Assembly (NCBI GenBank): GCA_964496905.1
Contig: CAZCAQ010000003.1
Coordinates: 1,701 to 65,700 of the forward strand
Length of the DNA stretch: 64,000 nt
Source of the DNA: an uncultured Candidatus Saccharibacteria bacterium
GTDB taxonomy: Bacteria > Patescibacteriota > WWE3 > UBA101185 > UBA10185
Direction of reading: 5' to 3'
The translations under genes and the position numbers were made by a program. This document shows, one piece after another, positions 41,517 through 51,147 of the stretch (its first letter is position 1; each line of letters opens with the position of its first letter). The notes below the pieces were generated by a model. It ran no database searches. It was not told the origin of the DNA and was given only the letters and a program-made list of their open reading frames with translations.

Positions 41517-42623
41517 ATGCGTATTCTGTACGTTATTAATTCGGGCAATTTTGGAGGCGCCGAAAAGCACATTAAAGACTTGACTCAAGGAATGACCCAA
41601 AAAGGCCATGAAGTCTTTATTTGGTGTCTTGCAGGGCCTATGATTGAGCTTTACAAGGCCGCTGGTGCGCAGGTTACGGCAATCTCTCCCCGTTTTGAAA
41701 TAGACCCTTTTTACGTCCAAAAACTCAAAAAATTCCTAAAAGAGCAAAAAATCGATGTAGTGCATGTTCACGACAAATCGGGTGCAAATGCGCTAATGTC
41801 CGCATATTTGGCAAAAACGCCCGTTCGCGTTAGCAATGTTCATACTCCGCTTTCTCAATGGCAAATAAATCTAATTAAAAAAGCCATAAATTTGGTCGCA
41901 TATTTTTTTGTAACGCGTCTTTTATCTCAACAAGAAATTGCCATTACAAAGGAAGTAAAACGCATAAAAGTGTCTGAAGGCATTCCAGCAAGCAAAATTA
42001 CCGTAATTCCAAATTATGCCGAATTACCCACAAACGCGTCTCACGATAAAAAAGTGCAGTTTTTGCAAAAATGGGTTTTTGTAGACAAACTAGTCATAGG
42101 TGTTGTTGGGCGCACTTCAGCAGAAAAAGGCCAAGATTTGTTAATTAAGGCGTTTTACAAGCTTTCACACGAATTTGATCACATACGTCTTGCAATTATT
42201 GGCGGAGGTCCTTTGCAAGAAAACTATCAAACCATGCTTAAGGAGCTTAAACTTTCAGAAAAGTCCGTAATTACCGGAATTTTCCCTGACGAAGATAAAT
42301 CAACTCTTTTTTCAACCTTAAATATTTTTGTATTTCCATCTCGTGCGGAAGGTTTTGGCTATGTTCCGTTAGAAGCTTTATCTTTGGGAATTCCTGTAAT
42401 TGCATCAGGACTCCCTGTTTTAAAGGAAGTTTTGGGAGAACACGCTATGTATTTTGAGCCGGAAAACGTTGAAAGCCTTCAAGAGCAATTGAGATACGCA
42501 ATTACAAATTATGAGGAACTTAAAAGCCAGCAGGAAGGTACAAACTGGATCATTCAAAAATACGGATTTGAGAAATTTATTAGTTCTTACCTAAATTTAT
42601 ATGAGGAGCTAGCGCGCAAATGA
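41517..42623 (+). CDS. GT4-family glycosyltransferase
   Basis: EGFGYVPLEALSLGIPVIASGLP. Confidence 0.75.
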   Translation: MRILYVINSGNFGGAEKHIKDLTQGMTQKGHEVFIWCLAGPMIELYKAAGAQVTAISPRFEIDPFYVQKLKKFLKEQKIDVVHVHDKSGANALMSAYLAKTPVRVSNVHTPLSQWQINLIKKAINLVAYFFVTRLLSQQEIAITKEVKRIKVSEGIPASKITVIPNYAELPTNASHDKKVQFLQKWVFVDKLVIGVVGRTSAEKGQDLLIKAFYKLSHEFDHIRLAIIGGGPLQENYQTMLKELKLSEKSVITGIFPDEDKSTLFSTLNIFVFPSRAEGFGYVPLEALSLGIPVIASGLPVLKEVLGEHAMYFEPENVESLQEQLRYAITNYEELKSQQEGTNWIIQKYGFEKFISSYLNLYEELARK

Positions 42624-43747
42624 AAGTAGCCTTTTGTGGCAGAACAGACTTGTTTAAATATAAAGGAGGGGATGCCGTACAAATGGAGCAAACGGCAAAA
42701 GAGCTAGAAAAGCTTGGCGTGCACGTTGACATAAAAACTCATTGGGACTTTGACTATGCACAATATGAATTAATTCACATATTCCAGCTGGATTGGGTTT
42801 CGGAAAACTATTTGTATGCAGAGGCAGCGCAAAAAGCGGGTAAAAAAATTGTACTTTCTCCAATTCATCATAATGTAAATGAAGTAAAAGCTTACGATGA
42901 CAATTTTGTATTTGGTTATCGCAGACTTTCGTCCTTGGTATTACGCAATCAATTTCACCGCGATACGCTAAAAATCTTTTACCGAGCTCTTTCCAACCCA
43001 GAAAAACGAATTCCTGCGTTTTACGCAATAACTTATGGACTTAAGAATCTGCACAAAAAAACCATAAAAGCCTCAAGCAAGGTTTTAGTTCAAACTCACT
43101 TGGAAGCCGAAGATTTAAAAAAGGCTTACACCACAGATTTTGAATGGGTTTTAGTTCCAAATGGTGTTGGTGACGTTTTTTTGTCACAACCAGAAATGCT
43201 TAGCAATTTTCTGCCATTTTCTGATTACATTTTAAGCGTAGGCCGTATTGAAGCCCGAAAAAATCAACTTAACATTATTGAAGCGGTAAAAAAACTCCGC
43301 TTACAAACTGGGCAAGACCTTAAACTTGTTTTTGTTGGTCAATTTAGTCTTTCTCATAAAGAGTATACACAGCACTTTAAGGAACAACTTTCGCAAAACC
43401 CATGGATTACTCACATTGAAAAGGTCGACTATGAAAAAATGCCTTCAGTATACAAATTTGCAAAAGTTGCAGTTTCAGCAAGTTGGTTTGAAACAACTGG
43501 ATTAACCAGTTTAGAGGCCTTGTATTGCGGTTCAAATGCTGTTGCATCGGGAAAAAGAGCTAATGAGTTGTTAGGTTCGCAAGTTTCATATTGTGACCCT
43601 TCTAGTGTAGAATCTATTTCAAGCGCCATTTTGACGCAGCTTCAAAAACCAAGACCAGTAATTTCTAAAGATTTTAAAGCACAGTATACTTGGAAGAATG
43701 CTGCTGAAAAAACTCTTAAGGTATATACGGATATAATTGATGAATAA
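42620..43747 (+). CDS. GT4-family glycosyltransferase
   Basis: ETTGLTSLEALYCGSNAVAS. Confidence 0.7.
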   Translation: MKVAFCGRTDLFKYKGGDAVQMEQTAKELEKLGVHVDIKTHWDFDYAQYELIHIFQLDWVSENYLYAEAAQKAGKKIVLSPIHHNVNEVKAYDDNFVFGYRRLSSLVLRNQFHRDTLKIFYRALSNPEKRIPAFYAITYGLKNLHKKTIKASSKVLVQTHLEAEDLKKAYTTDFEWVLVPNGVGDVFLSQPEMLSNFLPFSDYILSVGRIEARKNQLNIIEAVKKLRLQTGQDLKLVFVGQFSLSHKEYTQHFKEQLSQNPWITHIEKVDYEKMPSVYKFAKVAVSASWFETTGLTSLEALYCGSNAVASGKRANELLGSQVSYCDPSSVESISSAILTQLQKPRPVISKDFKAQYTWKNAAEKTLKVYTDIIDE

Positions 43748-46646
43748 TTACGAATTACTTATTGGAATAGCTATTTTTTCAGTGGGATTTTATGCCCTTG
43801 TCAGAGATTTTAAACTCTTTATCTATATTTTGCTCTTTTCAAGCGTTTTAATTCACAAAGAAATGTTTAGCCTGTATATGTGGGACTTTATGCCAATTCG
43901 CTTTTTAATGCTTGCTTTGTCTTTTTATGTAGTTGGGGCCTTCTTTTTAGCACTTTTTACTGCGCTGAGAGAAAGGAATATGCATCAACGACTTGAGTTA
44001 ACTAAAATTTCTCAGTACTTAAGGGATCCTTTTATCATTAGTTTGACTTTGCTCTGGCTAGTAAGAGGTTTTTCTCTAGTGTTTTCAAAAGATATTAGGT
44101 CTAGTGTGGAGCTTTATGCCTTTTTTACATCTATTTATTTGGCATCTCTTTTTATTTACATAAGGTTAAAATCAAGGCCTTTGCACGTTATATTGTATCT
44201 GGATTTTTATATTGCCATTGTTTTTGCACTCTGTATGTTTGGGTTTTTACAATTATTTTTAAGTTCCAATTATAACTTTACTATTGGAGCATTTTGGCAA
44301 ATTCCCGGACATAGCCCACGCGTTGGAAGTCTTTTTTGGGATGTAAATCACTTTGGAGCGTTTATTGCCTCATTATTTTTATACGGATGTGCTAGGTTTT
44401 TGGCAGTTTCAGGCTTAAAACGCAAAATACTTTACGGCATTTTACTTTTGCCAATTCCCATAATTTTGTATTTAACTAATTCACGCAGCTCTTTATTGCT
44501 ATTAATCAGTGCTTCTGCGCTTTTTGGCTTTATTGTATTGTTCAAAAAAATCGGTAACAAAGCTTTTGGCCTTACAGCATTAGTGGCCCTTTTTGCATTT
44601 TTGACCTTTTTTTATACATATTCAGATGAAAACTCTAAAGTTAGCAAGGTTATTCGTAGTAACTTACATTACAGAATTGATTCTTTTGATTCGCACTTTT
44701 TATTGCTATCTGGTGCTTCGGAAGTATTTACAGAAAATCCTATATTAGGAGGTGGCTACGGGAGTTTTTATGCCCAATTTATGGAAACCTCCATTTCATC
44801 AGAATATCTTAGGCGTGATCCAGCTGGTTTATTAACAAAAGTTCCTGCACACACAATTTGGGGTGAGGTAGCTTCTGAAACGGGCATGTTAGGTTTTTCC
44901 GCTTTTCTGTTTTTATGTCTAATAATTACAGCTGTACCTTTTTATAATTTTTTGGTCAGTAACTCGTATAAGGATTATTTAGTTCATGGCGCCATATTTT
45001 CTTCAATAATAGGCTATTTTGTCGCTGGCATATTTTATTCTTATAATTCTGAATTTTTTTGGCTTGTCTTAATTTTATACACAACGTATGGAATAGCAAA
45101 ATTGATTCAAAACATGCCTGTTGTAATTAATAATCCAAATCCAAGCTTTACCTTTGGTTTGTTAAAAAAGGCAGTAATGTTTATTGAAGTTAAAATAAAC
45201 GCAGGATTTATTTTACTTGGACTTTTAACATTTTCATTAATATTTATAAATTTGGGGAAAAACACTTTAATTACATGGGACGAAGCAATATACGGAAAAA
45301 TTGCTAAAAATATTGTTCAAACAGGTGAGTGGTTAACTTTGCAATGGAAGGTAGGTTCCACTTGGTTTGAAAAGCCCCCACTTTACTTTTGGTCAACGGC
45401 ATTTTTTATGAAAATCTTTGGTATAAACGAATTTGCAGTTAGATTAACAAGTGCGCTTAGTGGCTTTGGTTCTATTATGGTTTTAACCTACTTTGCAAAA
45501 AAAATATATGGGCGAAGCGTAGGGTATTTAGCAGGATTTATTCTATTGACCACTTTTCAGTTTTTGTATTACGCACGAACCGGCATGCTTGACGTTACTC
45601 TCACTTTTTTTATTACTACTGCTTTGGTAATTTACTTTCTTGGTGCAAAAATGCTTAGGACATTTGTACTAGCGGGTGTATTTGTAGGATTAGCAGTGCT
45701 AACAAAAGGTGTAGTAGGTTTTTTACCTTTACTAATAATACTAATCTTTGAATTAGTTATGTTGCCAAAAACCAAAAAATTAAGCGAACTAGTTAACGTT
45801 TTTTACATTTTTGTATTCTCAGCAATAGTTTTTATGCCATGGCATGCCTATATGCTGGGTTTATATGGTAATAAGTTTTACGACAACTACATTGTTTATC
45901 ATGTTTTGCAACGTGCTTCAACAGCAATTGAAGGAAAAGGCCAGCCCTTTTGGTGGTATTTTGTAGTAATGAAAGTTAGTATGCGCTTATGGTTTTTGGC
46001 ATTACTGGTAGCGCTTCCTTTTACTACCACTTGTGTGTTATTTAGAAAAAAAATGGAGAAGTTTAACTTTTTGTTTTCAAATAATGAGATACGTGGGTTA
46101 ATATTTACATTAGTCTGGTTTATAGTTGTAGCACTTTTCTTTTCATCAGCGATCTCTAAACTTATTTGGTACATAATTCCTATATATGTTCCAGCTGCAC
46201 TGATTTGCGCATTTACAATAGTTGTAATTTTAAGAAACTTTTTCTCAAAGTTTGCTAAAAATATAGTTGATGAAATGGTTTTTGTAACGATCTTTTTTAT
46301 TTTTATGTTCACTTTTACTTACTTTTATGTTGAAAAAGGTCGCGTTTATACAAGTGACTTAAATTATGCTCAGGCCTTTGTACTTAAGCAGTCAAGTGTT
46401 AAGTATCCAAATGAGACTGTGCTTGTCGATAGAATTGAATCCCCAGTCACATTTTACTATCGCGATGGGCCTTATGCAGAAGTTGATTTTCAACAAATCC
46501 GAGCTTCTCTTAGTAAAAGCTCAGAAAAGCCTACAATTTTTATTACTAATAAAAAAAGATTTGTTCAGCTTGAAAAAGAATTTTTGGGACTTTCCAATGT
46601 AGATCAGGCTGGAGATTTTATACTTGCCTATTATCTTAAACAATGA
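43737..46646 (+). CDS. Fusion protein: N-terminal O-antigen-ligase-like (Wzy_C) polytopic domain + C-terminal PMT_2/ArnT-family GT-C domain
   Basis: Residues about 1-450 are multi-TM with a NSRSSLLLLISASALFG...GGGYGSF region typical of the O-antigen ligase/Wzy_C family. Residues about 480-969 have the PMT/ArnT first-loop signature LITWDEAIYGKIAKNIVQTGEWLTLQW...EKPPLYFW (DE motif). Confidence 0.55.
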   Translation: MMNNYELLIGIAIFSVGFYALVRDFKLFIYILLFSSVLIHKEMFSLYMWDFMPIRFLMLALSFYVVGAFFLALFTALRERNMHQRLELTKISQYLRDPFIISLTLLWLVRGFSLVFSKDIRSSVELYAFFTSIYLASLFIYIRLKSRPLHVILYLDFYIAIVFALCMFGFLQLFLSSNYNFTIGAFWQIPGHSPRVGSLFWDVNHFGAFIASLFLYGCARFLAVSGLKRKILYGILLLPIPIILYLTNSRSSLLLLISASALFGFIVLFKKIGNKAFGLTALVALFAFLTFFYTYSDENSKVSKVIRSNLHYRIDSFDSHFLLLSGASEVFTENPILGGGYGSFYAQFMETSISSEYLRRDPAGLLTKVPAHTIWGEVASETGMLGFSAFLFLCLIITAVPFYNFLVSNSYKDYLVHGAIFSSIIGYFVAGIFYSYNSEFFWLVLILYTTYGIAKLIQNMPVVINNPNPSFTFGLLKKAVMFIEVKINAGFILLGLLTFSLIFINLGKNTLITWDEAIYGKIAKNIVQTGEWLTLQWKVGSTWFEKPPLYFWSTAFFMKIFGINEFAVRLTSALSGFGSIMVLTYFAKKIYGRSVGYLAGFILLTTFQFLYYARTGMLDVTLTFFITTALVIYFLGAKMLRTFVLAGVFVGLAVLTKGVVGFLPLLIILIFELVMLPKTKKLSELVNVFYIFVFSAIVFMPWHAYMLGLYGNKFYDNYIVYHVLQRASTAIEGKGQPFWWYFVVMKVSMRLWFLALLVALPFTTTCVLFRKKMEKFNFLFSNNEIRGLIFTLVWFIVVALFFSSAISKLIWYIIPIYVPAALICAFTIVVILRNFFSKFAKNIVDEMVFVTIFFIFMFTFTYFYVEKGRVYTSDLNYAQAFVLKQSSVKYPNETVLVDRIESPVTFYYRDGPYAEVDFQQIRASLSKSSEKPTIFITNKKRFVQLEKEFLGLSNVDQAGDFILAYYLKQ

Positions 46647-47767
46647 AAGTTGCAATAATTCACGACGATTTTATTCAATATGGTGGTGCAGAACAATTGG
46701 TTCTAGCCCTTTGGGAGATATGGCCCAATGCAGTTTTGTATACAAGTTACGTAACTAATGATTGGGCAAAAATTCTTAAAGAAAAAAATATTGAATATAA
46801 AACGTCATTCATGCAAAAGTTGCCATATAAAAAGAAATTAAATAAATACTACGCTGGGCTTATGCTTTATCCCCTTGCCTTTGAGTCATTTGACTTTACG
46901 GGTTTTGATTTGGTGATTTCATCTTCTTCTAGGTTTGCACATTGTATTGTTACAAAACCATCAACTTTGCATATTTCATATATTAATTCGCCAGGACGCA
47001 TGTTTTGGGAGTTTTGGGATTATTTTGAGAACTTTAGTTTTTCACGCCGAAATATTATTAAAAGGCTCTACATAAATTTGTTAAAAGCAGTGGCTAGTTA
47101 TTATAGAACTTGGGACTATTACTCTTCATTTCGCGCCGATTACCTTATTGCTAATTCATCGATTCCTCATAACCGTATTAAAAAATTTTATGACAAGGAA
47201 AGCACAATAATTTATCCATTTGTTAATACAAAATATTTTGAAAATAAACCAAAATCAAAAGCTAACTTTTTTCTTATAATAACCAGGCTGGTTTCGTGGA
47301 AAAAAGTAGATATAGCAATAGATGCTTTTATTAAGAATGGTCAAAATTTGAGAATAATTGGTGATGGCCCAGAACTTCAACCTTTAAAAGCAAAAGCCGC
47401 AGGTTATAAAAATATAGAGTTACTTGGATATGTGAGTGATGATGTGAAAATAGATCTGCTATGTTCATGTTGTGCTTTAATTAACACACAGCTAGAGGAC
47501 TTTGGTATTGCCCCATTAGAAGCTATGGCGGCTGGAAAACCTGTTTTAGCATACGGAAGAGGTGGCGCGCTAGAAACAGTTATAGAAGGAAAAACTGGTG
47601 CATTTTATTACGAACAAACTCCTCAGGCTTTAAATGCCGCATTGGAGACTTTTGATCCTGAGTCTTATTTAGTAACCGATTGTGTTTATCAAGCTCGGCG
47701 CTTTGATAAAGATGTTTTTCTTAGTAAGATCAAAGCCTTTGTTGATAGTGTATACTTAGGGAGCTAA
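46643..47767 (+). CDS. GT4-family glycosyltransferase
   Basis: FGIAPLEAMAAGKPVLAYGRGG. Confidence 0.7.
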   Translation: MKVAIIHDDFIQYGGAEQLVLALWEIWPNAVLYTSYVTNDWAKILKEKNIEYKTSFMQKLPYKKKLNKYYAGLMLYPLAFESFDFTGFDLVISSSSRFAHCIVTKPSTLHISYINSPGRMFWEFWDYFENFSFSRRNIIKRLYINLLKAVASYYRTWDYYSSFRADYLIANSSIPHNRIKKFYDKESTIIYPFVNTKYFENKPKSKANFFLIITRLVSWKKVDIAIDAFIKNGQNLRIIGDGPELQPLKAKAAGYKNIELLGYVSDDVKIDLLCSCCALINTQLEDFGIAPLEAMAAGKPVLAYGRGGALETVIEGKTGAFYYEQTPQALNAALETFDPESYLVTDCVYQARRFDKDVFLSKIKAFVDSVYLGS

Positions 47768-47774
47768 TTCCAAT

Positions 47775-48413
47775 ATGGACTTATACGATTTTTTAAAAAG
47801 AATACTAGATATTGTGGGTGCGCTTGTAGGGCTCCTTATTTTTTCACCAATTTTTGCGGTTGCAGCTGTTTTTATTAAACTTGCATCTCCGGGAGGACCA
47901 ATTTTTGCGGATATACCATCAAGGGTAAGCAGAGGAAAAGAATTTAAAATGTACAAATTTAGATCTATGATTCCAAATGCGCACAATTGGCTTTTGGAAC
48001 ATCCAGAGTGGCATGAAAAGTACAAAGCCAACAATTACAAAATTTCTCCAGACGAAGATCCGCGCTTTATAAAAGGTGCAAAATTTATGAGAAAATATAG
48101 CATTGATGAGCTTCCTCAATTTTTAAATGTTTTGTTTGGCGATATGAGTTTAGTAGGTCCCAGAGCTTACTATCCTTTTGAATTAAAAGAGCAAAGGGAA
48201 AAGTTCCCGGAAGCTGGTCCCTACATTGACGAAGTCTTTCAGATAAAGCCCGGCATTACGGGTGTTTGGCAAGTTTCTGGAAGATCGAGCATTGGTTTTT
48301 TGGAGCGAATAAAAATGGATGCCGGATATGCAAAAAAGCGCTCAATATTGTATGATTTACTAATAATTCTAAAAACGCCGCTAGCGGTGTTGGCTGCTAA
48401 AGGAGCAAACTAA
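47775..48413 (+). CDS. Small polyprenyl-phosphate sugar-1-phosphate transferase (bacterial sugar transferase family; PglC/WbaP-C-terminal type initiating phosphoglycosyltransferase)
   Basis: Single N-terminal re-entrant helix, then PGGPIFADIPSRVSRGKEFKMYKFRSM ... DELPQFLNVLFGDMSLVGPRA, the conserved core of the family. Confidence 0.8.
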   Translation: MDLYDFLKRILDIVGALVGLLIFSPIFAVAAVFIKLASPGGPIFADIPSRVSRGKEFKMYKFRSMIPNAHNWLLEHPEWHEKYKANNYKISPDEDPRFIKGAKFMRKYSIDELPQFLNVLFGDMSLVGPRAYYPFELKEQREKFPEAGPYIDEVFQIKPGITGVWQVSGRSSIGFLERIKMDAGYAKKRSILYDLLIILKTPLAVLAAKGAN

Positions 48414-48415
48414 AT

Positions 48416-50362
48416 ATGAATCAAGCAAAAGTATGGAAACCAGGACAAACAAGTAATTCTAAGGTAGGTGGTGTCAGTAAATATAAAAGGCATATTGGTG
48501 TAGGTGGGGCTATACTTATAGGTGTACTGTCTGTTTTTGTTTTAGTTACTTATTTCTTCTTTGCACGCCCCGTTTTAGCTTTAAGAAGTAATGTAAAAGA
48601 CCTTCAAGAGGATTTTAACAATAGTAAACAGGCCCTTGTAGAGCGGGATTTGGTTGCTTTTAATGCAAGTTTAGATGAGACTGAAAAAGACCTTGAAGAA
48701 CTAAGGACCACCAGAGACGAAAAGCTTGGTTGGGCTAAAAACTTTCCAAAGCTTAAGATTTACTACAAAGATTCGGAAAACTTTATTAACGCAGGTCAGC
48801 ATGCTGTAAACGCAGGTAGAGAGTTCTCGGTAATTGTTGAACCTTTTTCCTCTGCATTAGGTCTAAAAACAAAAAATACTCAAAACGGTGCCCCAGCGCC
48901 AGAGGGTGAAGACGTTGGCTTAATGGAAGCTTTTTCTGCATGGGTAGCTGCCATGCCTTTGGTTGCTGCAGAATCAGATCCAGTAATTAAGGAATTAACT
49001 TTAATGGGCGATCAGCTAGCTAAGGTTGATGCGCAGAATTATCCAGAAGATTTTAGAGGTTTTCCAGTAAGAGAGACTATTTTACAGTCTCAAAACACAC
49101 TTACGCAGCTTAACGATTACGCACCAGACATTAAAAAAGCACTCGTTATAATCCCAGGACTTCTAGGTATTGGCGGTGAAGAAAAACGCTATATGGTTAT
49201 TATGCAAAATGACAAAGAAGTTCGTGCAACTGGTGGTTTTTGGACATATTTAGCAACCTTTAAGGTAAGTAATGGGCTTTTAAATTCTGACTTTACTTCA
49301 TACAATTCATACTATGTTGATGATGTATTAAATCAAATAGATGCGTATCACACTTTTCCAACTGTACCTCCAACTTACAACAAGCACTTAAAGGTAGAAA
49401 GAATGTTTGCCCGCGACGCAAACGTGTCACCAGACCTTCCAACTTCTGTAGATCAGTTTTTGGAATTTTGGACATTAGCTGCACCACTTTCTCCAAATGA
49501 ATTTAAACCTATTGATGGCGTAATCGTTATTGATACAAAGGTATTGGAAGAACTTTTGGAAATTACTGGCCCAGCTACTGTAAATGGTTTTACATATAAC
49601 AAAGACAATGTTGTACTTGAACTTGAAAAATTGGCAAGCCTTGCTTTAAAAGAGCAAGTTAATAGAAAAAAAGTTTTGGGTGATTTAATGGAACAAATGT
49701 TAATTAACGTGTTTGAGTCCGATAAAAATCTTTGGCCAAAACTCGTAGATAAAGGGTTTAACCTAATTGGTCGAAAGCACATTGCCATGGTTATGATGGA
49801 CCCAGAGGCACAGGCCTTAATTGAAAAACACAACTTTGCTGGTCGTATAGTTGATCCTGTAGTTGGTGATTATGCATATGTAGTCCAAACCAACCTAGGT
49901 GGTGATAAGACTAACTGGTTTGTCACTAAAGACGTCCAGCACGATTTATCACGTGAAAACGGTAAATGGAAAAGAACAGTTACTATCAATTACAAATACA
50001 CAAGGCCTTCAGATGAATTTGCCTCATTTGTAACAGTTTACCGTGAATGGGTAAGGTTATATGTGCCAAAGGGCGCAGAGTTAATTGCCTTGACAGGGTC
50101 CGATGATGAACCTGGTACTGGTGAGGAAAGAAACAAAACTTATTTTCATGGGTTCTTTACATTAGCACCTGATGCCACAAAAACTGTAAAGTTTGAGTAC
50201 TATTTACCTGAGGACACAATTAAAGACGGCGAGTACAAGTTGTACATTCAAAAACAAGTCTCTATAGATAAAGAAAAGCATGTTGTAAATGCAGGTGGTA
50301 AAACTCAAGAAATAATTCTTGATATTTTGGACGGTAAGTTTTCGGCAAAAGTAGCAGAGTAG
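48416..50362 (+). CDS. N-terminally membrane-anchored extracytoplasmic protein of unknown function (architecture resembles DUF4012-type envelope proteins)
   Basis: One TM helix near residues 27-49, then about 600 soluble residues. No catalytic motif recognised. Confidence 0.45.
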   Translation: MNQAKVWKPGQTSNSKVGGVSKYKRHIGVGGAILIGVLSVFVLVTYFFFARPVLALRSNVKDLQEDFNNSKQALVERDLVAFNASLDETEKDLEELRTTRDEKLGWAKNFPKLKIYYKDSENFINAGQHAVNAGREFSVIVEPFSSALGLKTKNTQNGAPAPEGEDVGLMEAFSAWVAAMPLVAAESDPVIKELTLMGDQLAKVDAQNYPEDFRGFPVRETILQSQNTLTQLNDYAPDIKKALVIIPGLLGIGGEEKRYMVIMQNDKEVRATGGFWTYLATFKVSNGLLNSDFTSYNSYYVDDVLNQIDAYHTFPTVPPTYNKHLKVERMFARDANVSPDLPTSVDQFLEFWTLAAPLSPNEFKPIDGVIVIDTKVLEELLEITGPATVNGFTYNKDNVVLELEKLASLALKEQVNRKKVLGDLMEQMLINVFESDKNLWPKLVDKGFNLIGRKHIAMVMMDPEAQALIEKHNFAGRIVDPVVGDYAYVVQTNLGGDKTNWFVTKDVQHDLSRENGKWKRTVTINYKYTRPSDEFASFVTVYREWVRLYVPKGAELIALTGSDDEPGTGEERNKTYFHGFFTLAPDATKTVKFEYYLPEDTIKDGEYKLYIQKQVSIDKEKHVVNAGGKTQEIILDILDGKFSAKVAE

Positions 50363-50376
50363 CGTAAAATGAGAGA

Positions 50377-51135
50377 GTGAAACGCTATAATATTGAAGCT
50401 TTAGTACTTAAAAACATTGGTTACAAAGACGCTGATAAAATTTACACGGTATTATCCCGCGAACTTGGTTTAGTTAGTGTTCATGCAAAAGGTGTACGAA
50501 AAATCAGTTCTAGGCGTGCTGGCAATTTAGATACACTTAATCACGTTAAAATTAAAATTAGCGAACAGGATTCTGGTTGGAAAACTGCCGACGAAGTATC
50601 TTTAATTGAATCTTTTAAGCCAATCAAAGGGTCGTTACTTGCACAATCTCATGCTTTTTATTTACTTGAACTTGCTTACAGGCTTGTTCATGAAGAAAAT
50701 TCCTCCGAAAAGTTGTTTGACCGCATGCTTGTGGCTTTACATAAATTAAGTAAAAGTAAGTCTGAATTGGAATCTTATTTAGTCATTAATTCTTTTGAAG
50801 TTTTTTTGCTACGATTTTTGGGATATGAAATTGAACTAACTGCTTGTGTACAATGTGGTCGTGACTTTGAAGCTGGTTGGGGAGGCTGCAAGCTGAGTTT
50901 TACCCATGGTGGTTTTGTATGTGATCGTTGTTTTGGAGTTGTGCAGGGTGTTTTAGTTGATCTTAAAACGGCTGAGGTACTGCATAGTATTAATAGTGAC
51001 TTTGAGTATAAACCCGTGGGCTTGGCGCGTGAAAATATTTACGCTGCTGACGATGTTTTAAAGATGTATATTAAAAATATTCTTGAAGATGGCTTTAAGA
51101 CGGAAAGGGTTTTTAGGAGTATTAAGGATTTGTGA
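50377..51135 (+). CDS. recO: DNA repair protein RecO
   Basis: N-terminal OB fold IEALVLKNIGYKDADKIYTVLSRELGLVSVHAKGVRK. C-terminal Zn-finger CVQCGRDF...CDRC. Confidence 0.8.
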   Translation: MKRYNIEALVLKNIGYKDADKIYTVLSRELGLVSVHAKGVRKISSRRAGNLDTLNHVKIKISEQDSGWKTADEVSLIESFKPIKGSLLAQSHAFYLLELAYRLVHEENSSEKLFDRMLVALHKLSKSKSELESYLVINSFEVFLLRFLGYEIELTACVQCGRDFEAGWGGCKLSFTHGGFVCDRCFGVVQGVLVDLKTAEVLHSINSDFEYKPVGLARENIYAADDVLKMYIKNILEDGFKTERVFRSIKDL

Positions 51136-51147
51136 AAAGCTGTGCTT

